Positions 51,501 to 62,439 of a DNA stretch of 62,439 nt are shown here, in pieces. Position numbers and translations under genes: made by a program. The notes beneath the pieces were generated by a model. The model was given only the letters and a program-made list of their open reading frames with translations, was not told the origin of the DNA and did not search any database. Source of the stretch: Carcharhinus longimanus (Eukaryota); the NCBI GenBank assembly GCA_030264375.1, contig JASCQW010000099.1:75127551-75189989 (forward strand). The letters are read 5' to 3'. How positions within the stretch are numbered: position 1 is the first letter of the stretch; the number at the start of each line of letters is the position of its first letter.

Positions 51501-52084
51501 TCCTACGTTTTTAAAATGTGCACTGGGACAAGGAAAGTCCTCGAACTATATCAGTTATCTTCTAAATGAAAACAAAAAAAAGTGATAATGGCAGCAGACT
51601 ACAGAAGGAAGAGCTGAACTCATAAGAGTCAGGTCTTGGTTAGTTAGTGAAGTACTGCAAATACAGTTCAGTTCTGCTCGCTTTCTACATACATCAAACA
51701 ATACTGCGGAATGCATGCAATACCGACAGTGGCGATGATATAGCGACATTTCAGAATCACTCAACAGAAAATTCAATGTAAATGTGAATTTTGTCTATTG
51801 AGACTGAAATGACGACTCCACTGTTTTACAGGAAAGTGCTGATGTCTGATCCACATGTACTTCAGGGTCATTGCTTATTTTTCTTGTATCAAAATCATTT
51901 GAATCCTACTTTGTTTGCTATTTTCAGCCTTAAGATACTGTGGCAAAGACTGACCAATGTACTCAAAATCAAAAATTTTAGTACTCAAACAGAATATAAA
52001 TCTTTTGTTATCTCTGCCTCAACTCACTTAGTACAAATTGTGCCTGGACACAATGATGGCATTTCTACAAGACAGTAAGAGATT

Positions 52085-53104
52085 AGGGGCAGAATTTTAT
52101 GAGAAAAATTCTAAATACCGAGATAGCATGTAAATGGGAGTGTTTCAGATCCGTTTTCTTGGGTGTATCCAAAATCACATTCTTACGCACTTAGACAAAT
52201 AAAAGAGGGCTAGACCATTTCTAGCCACTAGATGGAGTAGGCAGGGCTTAAATCACTAGTCGGTCTGCTATAGCAGAATAAGGAGCTATTGCACATGTGC
52301 AAACCTCTGTGGCTGCAAATTCACAATTGCAACCAACAGAGGGCTGACGGGCCTGACAGAGAGACAGAGAGCGAGCAAGCGCTATCAGGCCTCTGCTGCT
52401 GGCCTCGACCAGCCCATCCCCAGCCCCCAGTTATTGCAGGAGCCTGCAGCTAATCGCAAGCTGCATATCGTCCAGACATATCCCCCCCCCGGCCCTAACT
52501 GATTGCCGTCACTCTTCTCCCCCCACTGATTGCAATGCAAAGTCACAGCAGCCCCTTCTCCCCAGTGATTGCGATGCAGAGTGGCAGCAGGCTCCCTCTC
52601 TCCCTACCCAATCAGCCCGCCCTGGCCTCACCCCTTCAGGCCTCACCCCTGGCATTGCTCACTCAGCAGTGCCAGGATACCAAGCTGGCACAGGCCAAAG
52701 GGCCTTCCCTTACTCTTGAGCTCCGGGGGGGGGGGGGGGGGGGGGTTTNNNNNNNNNNNNNNNNNNNNNNNNNNNNNNNNNNNNNNNNNNNNNNNNNNNN
52801 NNNNNNNNNNNNNNNNNNNNNNNNNNNNNNNNNNNNNNNNNNNNNNNNAGGTTTGCTCAATAGCTTCTGATTGTGTCCTGGGCTCATTAAATCTATGTCA
52901 AATGCATTTTAAATAAATTTAAATACTTTATTTAGCCTCTCGTCAGAAATGGGCGGGAGGCTGAATGTGTTAGATGTCCAGTGCCAGTGGGATCATGAGA
53001 GGGGAGGAATGGGGTGCAAGCCTGATTTCTTGGCTCTTGCACTATTTTACTGGCTCACCCTGCCCATCGATGGGTGAGATGAGCAAGTAAAAAATCACCC
53101 CCTA
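52085..53104. mobile_element. About 1-kb non-autonomous TIR element (MITE-like)
   Basis: taggggcagaatttt … aaaatcaccccct(a) termini with a GC-rich interior. Its left end matches the reverse complement of 35770-35962 and its right end matches 53650-53702. Confidence 0.55.
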
Positions 53105-53149
53105 TGGGTTTGAATCCTATTCCAGACAACCAGGAAAATAAAGGCATGG

Positions 53150-53465
53150 GGTGGCATGGTGGCACAGTGGTTAGCACTGCTGCCTCACAGTGCCAGGGAC
53201 CCAGGTTCAGTTCCAGCCTTGGATCAGTGTGTGGAGCTTGCACATTCTCCCCATGTCTGTATGGATTACCTCTGGGTGCTCTAGTTCCCTCCTCACTCCA
53301 AAGATGTGTGGGTAAGATTGATTGACCATGCTAAATTGCCCCTTGGTATCAGGGGGACTAGCAGGGTAAATAGGTGAGGTTATGGAGATGGGGCCTGGGT
53401 GGGATTGTCCTTGGTGCAGTCGTGATGGGCCAAATGGCCTCCTGCTGCTCTGTAGAGAGTATATG
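53150..53465 (+). mobile_element. HE1-like V-SINE, tail type A
   Basis: Full head, core and CR1-type tail. Confidence 0.85.
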
Positions 53466-56400
53466 ATACCTTTCTTTCTCACTGACACCATTTATGAGGT
53501 GTCTGGTTAACTTGCTCGACAACATCCCTCATGCAAGCAACACCTATACTTGTACTGTCAGTTATCCTTTGACATTTAAATATTATAATCAGCCTCGCTT
53601 CCTTCCTGGATATGAGGCTGATCACACTGGCGATCCAGTGCTGGCAAGATCACTCACCCCGCCCATCGAATGGCGTGATAGGATAATAAGGGTGCCCCCA
53701 TAGGTATACATTACATACATCTTGAACGTTCCTTTGAACACAATTCATAGAAAGTAAATGGAAAATGTAAAAATCAAAGTATATCAATTGGAATTTGAAA
53801 ATAATCCATTTGAGCAAGTAGTAATCCTGGATTCTCAGTTCAAATTGTGAAAAAAAATCTAAAGCTTGGCAGGGGACCATGCATTTCCACCTTTGTTCAT
53901 AGTTTTTTTTTAAATAGGCAGTGATTATATTACATTTGAAACTTTGTTCTGTTACCCCAACTGGCAGAAACTTGACTATTTTCTGTTTAATTCATTACAT
54001 ATCTAGTTTACTGAATGAGAATTTGACATATATCCAAGCCAAATTAACTCACTTGGCTGCAAGCTGAATGTACCTTTTGTGTTTTGTTTATAAAATAGGT
54101 CGATCATGAATTACAGGCAACAAACAAATCTATCAGCTTCAAGATTATGTATCACAGCATAGTGATACATAAAGTCTTTGCCTTTTGTAGAAAAGATTAA
54201 CTCATTCAGCTTTGTGTTACCTTCTGAATCAAAGTGATTAGTGTCAGCATTACTGTTTCTAATTTTTAACTGAATGAACAAATTGAGTGCACGGAATAGC
54301 AACTTATATGAATAGGGAATTTACCTAAAGTTTAGGGGATAAAGATGTTTATTTTTTGACAAATGAAGGGTAATGAAAAGAGTCTGTATGGGCTTTGAGT
54401 TTCAAAAGAAAGTTTTGTTTACATATATTCCCAACTTCAGATCAATTTGGGATAATTTTTATGGAATGATATTTGTTTTGTTTGTGTTATCCATACTGAG
54501 TAAATGTTAACTCAGGTGTAACACAAATAAACATACAAAATCTGTTTTAATTATATATACTTAAACGCTAAAAAGTTGGGAACTTAGTGACTTTCTGTAA
54601 AAGGATAAGGACTCTTACATGTTCATGAGAAAGATGATCTGTAGGTGGGGAGGTTGTGTTAAATCTGGGCTTAATTCTGACTTGCTTAACGTAGTGTCGA
54701 TATATCTGTTTAATGTTGCCGGTTTCACTTTTACGTAATTTTTCACAGACTTCCTCTACAATGGCCTGTCTGCTCACGAAGGGCTCCCACATTCGTGCAC
54801 GAAGAGAACAAAGAAATTGCAGCACAGGAATAAGCCCTTTTGCCCTCCAAGCCTGCACCGATTATGCAACTCAACTGAACTAAAACCCTTCTTTCTCCCA
54901 CTCCTGTCCTTGCCACTTGACCTTGCTGACTCCCAACTCGCCGCCCAGCCTTCATTCTTCCCTTAGTCCTCAGGATCTGCAAATCACAACTTCTTGCTCC
55001 CCTGCTGGCCTCGCAATCTCACACTATAGTCTAGAACACCAAATGGTAGCATAAATTGATCAATGCAGGTCATCTTCAGACTTCGGCTGCTGTCTGCATT
55101 GATGAACCTCTGCAACTAGATGGAGCCTGGCGAATCTACAAGTACTGCACTGAGGTGAGTAGCAGAATTGTTTTAAAGCATTCAGTTGTATTGTATATTG
55201 TAGTTCTTCAATAATTAGTGACGTAATTTTATTTTGCAAGTTCTTTCAACTAGGACCACATAGTGCTGCACATGCATGGTAAAATATTTTCATCGTACAT
55301 TTTTCACATAGAAAAAAATCAATGTCCAAAAGAACCATAGGAACTTATGATTCACTTAGTCATGATTTTCAGGAATGTGGTCACAGCTTTAAGCAAGGGC
55401 TCGTACCTACCTAATGATTCGGTGTTATACAGCATTGCTCAAGAGCCAGCAGAGTGAATTTTGAGCATTATCATGACAACCATAAGTGATTGACAATCTT
55501 AATAACTTGGGTACCTAGCATGTTTGTGCATTTCTTAAAGGATGATAAAATAAAACTCCTGACTCACACTTCTTCTCATAGCATTATGCAATTGGTCATT
55601 TAAAGCAGATCCTTCTTGTGTTAAATGCTTAAAAGTAAAATTTGTCTTTTTATTTGAAGTACCATTTGCCTATTAACTCATGATTAGTTTGTGTTGATTA
55701 TGATGTGTGTTGAGGTAGAAGTTACAAAAAGTGAAATCCTGTAAGTAATTTTTTCTTTCAGCAGTTTGTTTGGTAAATTTGGTCATTTTGGTTACTGATT
55801 AACTCATGGGGGATTGTATCAAAATTGATGCAGTTACCAGATCCTTAATTTACTGAGACAGGAAGCATTGGAAAACTAAATGAGATAGCATGTTATAATG
55901 TTAACTACTGACACAAAGTAAGGCCAGCATGCAAGTATATATCCTAGATGGATATACACACAGAGATATACAAGCATACTTATAAATCTGGCCAAGAATC
56001 AAACACTATTTATTCAAATATTCAAATCTCAGTATGCTCCCAGTCCTTCTTATCTCCACACAAGTCCGAGGTGACAGTGCGTGAACTATGAATTCTTAAC
56101 CCACATTCTGTACAGAACTGTAGATGAGTGGTTGCTGTGCATCAGTAGGGGTCTCTTGGGATTAGTGTCTTCCTCGAATCACAGCAGTTAAATCCTCAGA
56201 CAGGAGTGCTGTAAGCTGCACTCTTAACACTGGATGGACAATGAGATTCAACAACTCTTTTGACAGGGATTGCTGTCCCATGGAATCTCAGACAGATAAA
56301 TGTTATAATGGGAAACTGAGATGGTATTTGGCTGCTAATTGGAATTCAATTTCATGACTATAAGTCAGTTGAATTGCAAATTCTTAACTGTGACTGACAA

Positions 56401-57369
56401 AAGTTAAACTCCCCACTGTGGTAGGATGCATGCTGTTCTGAATTGGACAGTTGCCACTACAAAGTGGCGATTGACTTCAATCCAAAACCTTTCCCATTTT
56501 TCTTTGAACTTGCTGCTTGTCTCTAGCCCAAAGCCAGCTGCCGACTCTTTCACAATCCACCATCAAAAATATTTTGCATGCTTTTATACAGATGAGAGGC
56601 ATAAAATTAACCACAGGTGTCAATCAGTGCATTAATAATCACCAATATATGCTAAATGGCAGTTCTACTGTGATTTCAATATAACATTATTGAGATTAAA
56701 GCACTGTGGGATTAACACTATTTAGCATAATATTTATGTTGTCATAGACATTCTCAGAAGTGTAAGAATCAGCATTGAGAACTGGAGAAAGGGAAATTAT
56801 AAATAAAATAACTACCTTTGTGCACTCTGTTTTAATGTACATCATGGTCTTGTATAATCATTACAGTCAGACAGTCTGCCTGTACTGCACTAAGTAACAA
56901 GACTTGGAGCCTGACTATTGTGTGCATTCAATCTATCAGTTTTTTCTTCTCTTTCGTGTGACACTTTGTCTCCAGGTATTGCTGGCAAGGTTGGAACTTG
57001 TTGCCCTTTCCTTGTCACCCTTGATAAGATGATGGTGAACCATTACTGTTGTAGAAAGCACTAGGTTGCAATGATTGACGACCAGGGACTTACAACAATA
57101 AAGATTTATTGATAACATTGAGCAGCTCTTACATGCTGTGTGTGTCTGCCTACGCTCCAGGGAGAACTCCCACGCTCCTGACACGTGACCTGTTTTGTGT
57201 CTATGTCATTCAGCATTCACAAGACCACTTGGTCTATGTCTTCCCTGTTTAAGTTAGGACGGAGGTGTAACAATCTAACAGAACAGTCACTGAATGTCAA
57301 CTATTTACAACATATAGAAGTTAACGTGCCAACAAGTAACTAATTACATTTTGCAAAACACTAATTAGG

Positions 57370-59590
57370 CTGCTGCAGCTGACTGAAAGCCCATTGCGTA
57401 CCCTCCTGACTCCCCCATTTTGTAAAACAAGGCCATTTGTTGATTAGTTCATCATATATTCCTGGAGCCTTGTATTTGGTTTATTCATTCACCTTTGGTG
57501 CGTGATTGTGCCAGCTGGCTGTGTTTGAGTTGCCCTTGGGTTGATGCCCTCAGTGTGGGTTGCATCAGTGTACCCTGTGACTGCAGGGTTTGCAGCCTTT
57601 GGCCTCTGTACGAGCTTCTATTTCCATTTGCTTAGGGAGCCCTTGACAAAGCAGCTAGCATAATTAAGGAATCCACACACTCTAGACACTCTCTTCCACT
57701 TTCTTCCATCAGGAAAAAGATGCAATAGTCTGAGATCACGTACCAACCAACTCAAGAACAGCTTCTTCCCTGTTGCCATCAGACTTTTGACTGGATTTAC
57801 CTTGCATTAAGCTGACCTTTCTCTACACCCAAGTTATGACTGTCAGACTACATTCTGCATTCTCTCATTTCCTTCTCTATGAATGATATGCTTTGTCTGT
57901 ATAGCGCACAAGAAACAATACTTTTCACTGTATGTTACTACATGTGACAATAATAAATCAAATCAAATCAAATCAGTCTGTCACAGCTGTGGGGGATCCG
58001 GACCGCATTACCAGGTGCTAACAGGAAGAGTCTGCGAGCATTTCGATCATAATCCCCCTTTCCCCTTTGTTGCCACTCCAATGAGGGCGCCATTCACGTC
58101 AGTTGGCTTTTGGTTGCAATAGGGTGTTAGCAGTGCGAATCGTGATCCTGGAGAACATTTGCTCTGCTGACAAGAACAGACCCTTATTACACATATTTCG
58201 CAGGCTGAGGAGTGCAATATTGATATCTGTGTGGTCTCAGGCACATTTCTCAAGTAGGTGCTTGGCTGAGCTTATTGTTCATTTTGCTAGGCCATTTGAC
58301 TGTAGGTATAGGAAACTACTCAATGTGCTCATCGTCCCATATTAATGCAAGTCCCTGAATTCACTGGTAACAAACTGGTGAGTGTTGTCCATCATTATCC
58401 TCTGAGGGATGCCGCATGTGATGAAGTACCTCCTGAGTTTGCCTATGACTATGTTACCTTTCACATCTGACAGGTGGTCAATTTCAAACCAAAGTACAAG
58501 TCGTCCAGGACCAAGTGCTGTTTACCATTCCATTCAAAGGTATCTGCTGCCATGAGTGACCATGCGAGGTCTGAGATGGTATAGTGTTTCTTTGGCTTAC
58601 TGTGGATTGAATGCATTGCACAGTACATGCCTGAATACTTCCTGCTCTATTTGCTCCCACTTCAAGAGCAAGTATAGGGATTTCTTTGCCCTGTATCTGG
58701 TTGCTTCCAGCCCTAGGTGCCCTTGTGCAGTTGCTGTGAGCAGTACCTCAGCAGAGAGATGGGACGACAAACTGTTGTTCATGCAGTATCAATAATTCTT
58801 CCAAGAAGAAGAATTTGTGAAGCTCATGGTGACGCTATGTTTGAGTACTTGGGCCAACCTTTCATGATGGCACTGTGGAGCTGCCTGCATGTGAGATCTG
58901 CCTGTAGGGCCTTCTTCAGTTCTTCAACTCAACAAGTGGAAAGTACCTCTATAGTCATGATGTTGATGTCTTCCCCTGTCTAGTCAGTGATGAGGTCTGG
59001 AAAGATCAGCATGGTAATAACTGCTTACCGCATTTGCAGATAACATAGAGGTTGTAGTATTGCAGCTTAAGCACCGTGTGTTGCAATCACACGGATAAAG
59101 TGTAAAAAGGCTTTTTAAGAATAGTTATGACTGGCTGATGATCAGTTTAAACAATTACGGACAATCACATATGAAGTCACGAAACTTCTGACAAGCAAAA
59201 ACTAGAGCAGGAGTTCTTTCTTGATCTGGACATAACAAGGCTCAGTGTCAGTGAGGGCAGTCAGTGCAGAGGCTACTAGACTGCCATTATGGATGCAATG
59301 CCAAGAGGGCATCTGCTGATAGGAGTATAGGTGCTCAAAAGTCAAAATACCGGAGGGGCTGAGAACGCCTGCTTGAGTTTGTTGAACGCTTGCCAACACC
59401 ATTCAACATCTTGGTGTAGAAGCTAACAAAGAGGTCCAATGACCTCACTATAGCAAGGAATGAACACAGGAAGATAATTAGTCATACTAAGGGAGCGCTG
59501 CAAAGCATGCTTGTCCTCACGAATGGACATCCGTCGTATAGCCAGTGTCATATCTGGACCTGGCTTCACACCATCAGCTGTAAATGATCT
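57370..59590 (-). mobile_element. Decayed Ty3/Gypsy LTR retrotransposon pol (RT end, RNase H, integrase)
   Basis: GVKPGPD…ALQRSLSMTNYL..FIP (RT thumb, about 59460-59585); LTDTE.CYVQIKKELL (RNase H); HLGLEAT.YRA…C (integrase Zn-binding); GIPQRIMMDN.HQF and YLQSNGLA (rve core). RT-RH-IN order indicates Gypsy; stops and frameshifts are present. Confidence 0.85.
57645..57975 (+). mobile_element. Rex1/Babar LINE 3' end nested in the Gypsy remnant
   Basis: ctcaagaacagcttcttccctgttgccatcagacttttg…gtgacaataataaatc followed by (aaatc)n. Confidence 0.85.
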
Positions 59591-60749
59591 TGGTTGATCC
59601 TGAATCTGCCTTTGGCAGGTTAATCTTTAACTGTATGGTCCTAATTCTGGACTTCAACTCCGCTTTCTTACCCACTCCCCATATCCTAATGCTGTCAAGG
59701 ACTAAGTCAGACAATGGTCAGGGAAGTGGAGCCGCAGTTGGCTCCTCCCCATTAGGGTTAGAATATCCTCTAACTCGACGAGCAAGTACGGAGAGATTAG
59801 CAACCATTTATTTAATTAGACGAGGTAACATACATATATGGGAACAGAGGATTATACTGATGGCCAAAAGATTGCAATTTGCATTTTATTTTTAAACCAG
59901 AATAGTTTTTAAATCGCATTTGTTCCCCTACAAATATGAAACCTGAATCAATTCAGGGAAATAGTCTAACTACTAATATAACATGGCAATTAAAATAGAG
60001 ATTCCCCTAATAGTTACCAAATAATACCAATTATTACCAGCTGCATCAAAAGGACATCATTCCAACACTTTGGGACAATAGGGCTTAGTTATAGCTGCAG
60101 TATTGGGTATTACATTTTTGGATTTGAGTAAATACTAATCATTTCGATTTGCATACATTTTTGATAGGTGTATTGCCATAAGTGAAATTCTGTGCATTTG
60201 TTGGCCAAACTAAATCTGGAATTATTTAGACGTCAACACAATTCACTGGTTCAACAGTGAAGATGCTCACTTTTAGACATGTGTCTCAATTAATGAAACT
60301 CATTGGTAGCCTTCTGATTTTTGCTTCTTACATTTTTCTGCAATTGGGTGAAATCAGCTATGAGCAAATGCTTGCTTGGAGTCAAAACTCAGTGTTCACG
60401 ATCAGAAAAAGCCAAGTTTAATTACCAGAACAATTTCTGAAGGAACAAATAAATAATAAATGCTTACAGCTGTCTTAATGAAGTATCTTCAATAGTTTCT
60501 ATCCAATGAACTTTGCTCCCTGCCTGTGACTCATGTGAGTGAAGGTAGGTTCTGCATCAATGATGTATTAGGGCAGAGCAATAATGAAATGCCCTTAGTA
60601 CCAAAAAGGAAAGTGGCTGTGTGCATCACATCAGGCCAGAAGTATGATGAGAATGACACTTCTAGATTTAATGCCACTTCTGAATTTCACCTTTTTGAAC
60701 AGAATTTTGCACTTTTATAGTAAAATCAGATAGCTTGTTTCATCAAGGG

Positions 60750-62439
60750 TCAGAGTCATAGAGGTTTACAGCATGGAAACAGGCCCTTCTGCCCAACTTG
60801 TCCATGCTGCCCTTTTTTTTGTAAAGATCTCTAAGCTAATCCCAATTGCCAGCATTTGGTCCATATCCCCCTATATCCATCATACCCATGTAACTATCTA
60901 AATGCTTCTTAAAAGATAAAATTACACCCACCTCTACTACCACCTCTGGCAGCTTGTTCCAGACACTCACCACCCTCTGTGTGAAAAAATTGCCCCTCTG
61001 GACACTTCTGTATCTCTCNNNNNNNNNNNNNNNNNNNNNNNNNNNNNNNNNNNNNNNNNNNNNNNNNNNNNNNNNNNNNNNNNNNNNNNNNNNNNNNNNN
61101 NNNNNNNNNNNNNNNNNNNNNNNNNNNNNNNNNNNNNNNNNNNNNNNNNNNNNNNNNNNNNNNNNNNNNNNNNNNNNNNNNNNNNNNNNNNNNNNNNNNN
61201 NNNNNNNNNNNNNNNNNNNNNNNNNNNNNNNNNNNNNNNNNNNNNNNNNNNNNNNNNNNNNNNNNNNNNNNNNNNNNNNNNNNNNNNNNNNNNNNNNNNN
61301 NNNNNNNNNNNNNNNNNNNNNNNNNNNNNNNNNNNNNNNNNNNNNNNNNNNNNNNNNNNNNNNNNNNNNNNNNNNNNNNNNNNNNNNNNNNNNNNNNNNN
61401 NNNNNNNNNNNNNNNNNNGTTCTGTAACTCTCCCCAACACCCTACCATTAACTGAGTAAGTCCTGCCCTGGTTCAATCTACCAAAATGCATCACCCCACA
61501 TTTGTTTAAATTAAACTCCATCAGCCATTCGTCAGCCCACTGGCCCAAATGATCAAGATCCCATGGCAATTGGGGATAACTTTCTTCACTGTCCACTAGG
61601 TCACCAATCTTAGTGTCATCCACAAACTTACTAACCATGCCTCCTATATTCTCAGCCAAATCATGAATATAAATGACAAATAACGGTGGACCCAGCACTG
61701 ATCCTTGAGGCACACCGCTGGTCACAGGCCTCCAGTTTGAAAAACAACTCTCTACAACCGACAGAAGCCACTTTTGTATCCGTTTAGATACGTCACCCTC
61801 GATCCCATGAGATTTAACTTTATACAACCACCTACCATATAGTACCTTGTCAAAGGCCTTGCTAAAGTCCATGTAGACAACAACAACTGCACCGCCCTCA
61901 TCTACCTTCTTGGTTACCCCTTCAAAAAACTCAATCAAATTTGAGAGACTTGATTTTCCGCTCACAAAGCCATGCTGACTGTCCCTAATCAGTACTTGCG
62001 TCTCTAAATTCTGTAGATCCTGTTTTTCAAAATACCTTCCAATAATTTACCCACCACAGATGTGAGGCTCATTGCCCTGTAGTTCCCAGGCTTTTCCCTG
62101 CATCCCTTTCTAAACAAAGGCACAACATTTGCCACTATCCAATCTTCAGGCACCTCACCCACGAGTATCGATGATTCAAATATCTCAGCTAGGAGACATG
62201 CAATTTCCGCCCTAGTCTCCCACAACGTCCTGGAATACACTTCATCAGGTCCCACAGATTTATCAACCTTGATGCGCTTTAAGACTTTCAGCACCTCCTT
62301 CTCTGTAATATGTACATTCCTTAAGACATCACTATTTATTTCCCCAAATTCCCCAACATCCATGCTTTTCTCAACAGTAAATACTGATGAGAAATATTCA
62401 TTTAGGATCTCACCCACCTCTTGTGGATCTGCACATAGA
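60750..62439 (-). mobile_element. Relatively young CR1 (HER1-like) LINE: ORF2 RT plus 3' UTR, disrupted
   Basis: KPGNYRAMSLTSVVGKLLE; YMDFSKAFDKV; SGVPQGSVLGP.LFVIYI.DL; KFVDDTK. Frame break near 61965-62004. Confidence 0.93.

Noticed and set aside
60465-60560. Minus-strand gtaagc donor with a short open frame, next to a TGACTCA site
   Set aside because: No FEZ similarity, poor acceptor, and the phase-2 end is incompatible with the phase-0 exon at 48554.
1-62439. Prokaryote-type systems (CRISPR arrays, operons, defence loci)
   Set aside because: The DNA is spliced vertebrate sequence. The only regular repeats are micro- and minisatellites without unique spacers.
48555-62439. FEZ2 upstream exons (expected IWNALTDNYGNVMPVDW-like peptide)
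   Set aside because: Not found by eye. They probably lie beyond the window or in a gap.

Overview
This is vertebrate nuclear DNA from a draft assembly with many N-gaps. The repeats (HE1/V-SINE-like and Deu-domain SINEs, CR1, L2, Rex/Babar, Penelope-like ends) point to a cartilaginous fish, probably a shark. The main gene is FEZ2 on the minus strand. Seven coding exons (48554 down to 11357; 771 nt = 256 aa + stop) have GT-AG boundaries, join in frame and end in ...TDYILKVLCPT*. One of them is an 81-nt frame-preserving cassette exon. I could not find the 5' exons, which probably lie beyond the window's right edge. The introns are mostly decayed retroelements, MITE-like elements and one Ty3/Gypsy pol remnant. 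The most interesting unexplained signals are: (1) a candidate 28-nt stop-containing microexon in the last FEZ2 intron that would change the C-terminus from VLCPT to ALV; (2) a candidate signal-peptide first coding exon of an unidentified gene at 470-612 (-); (3) two intact-looking minimal hammerhead ribozymes with covarying stem II; (4) a 176-bp near-perfect inverted duplication in the last intron; (5) V-SINEs with two different 3' tails, one resembling the Rex/Babar LINE tail. All calls were made by eye with no database searches. Exon coordinates were counted base by base; repeat boundaries are approximate.
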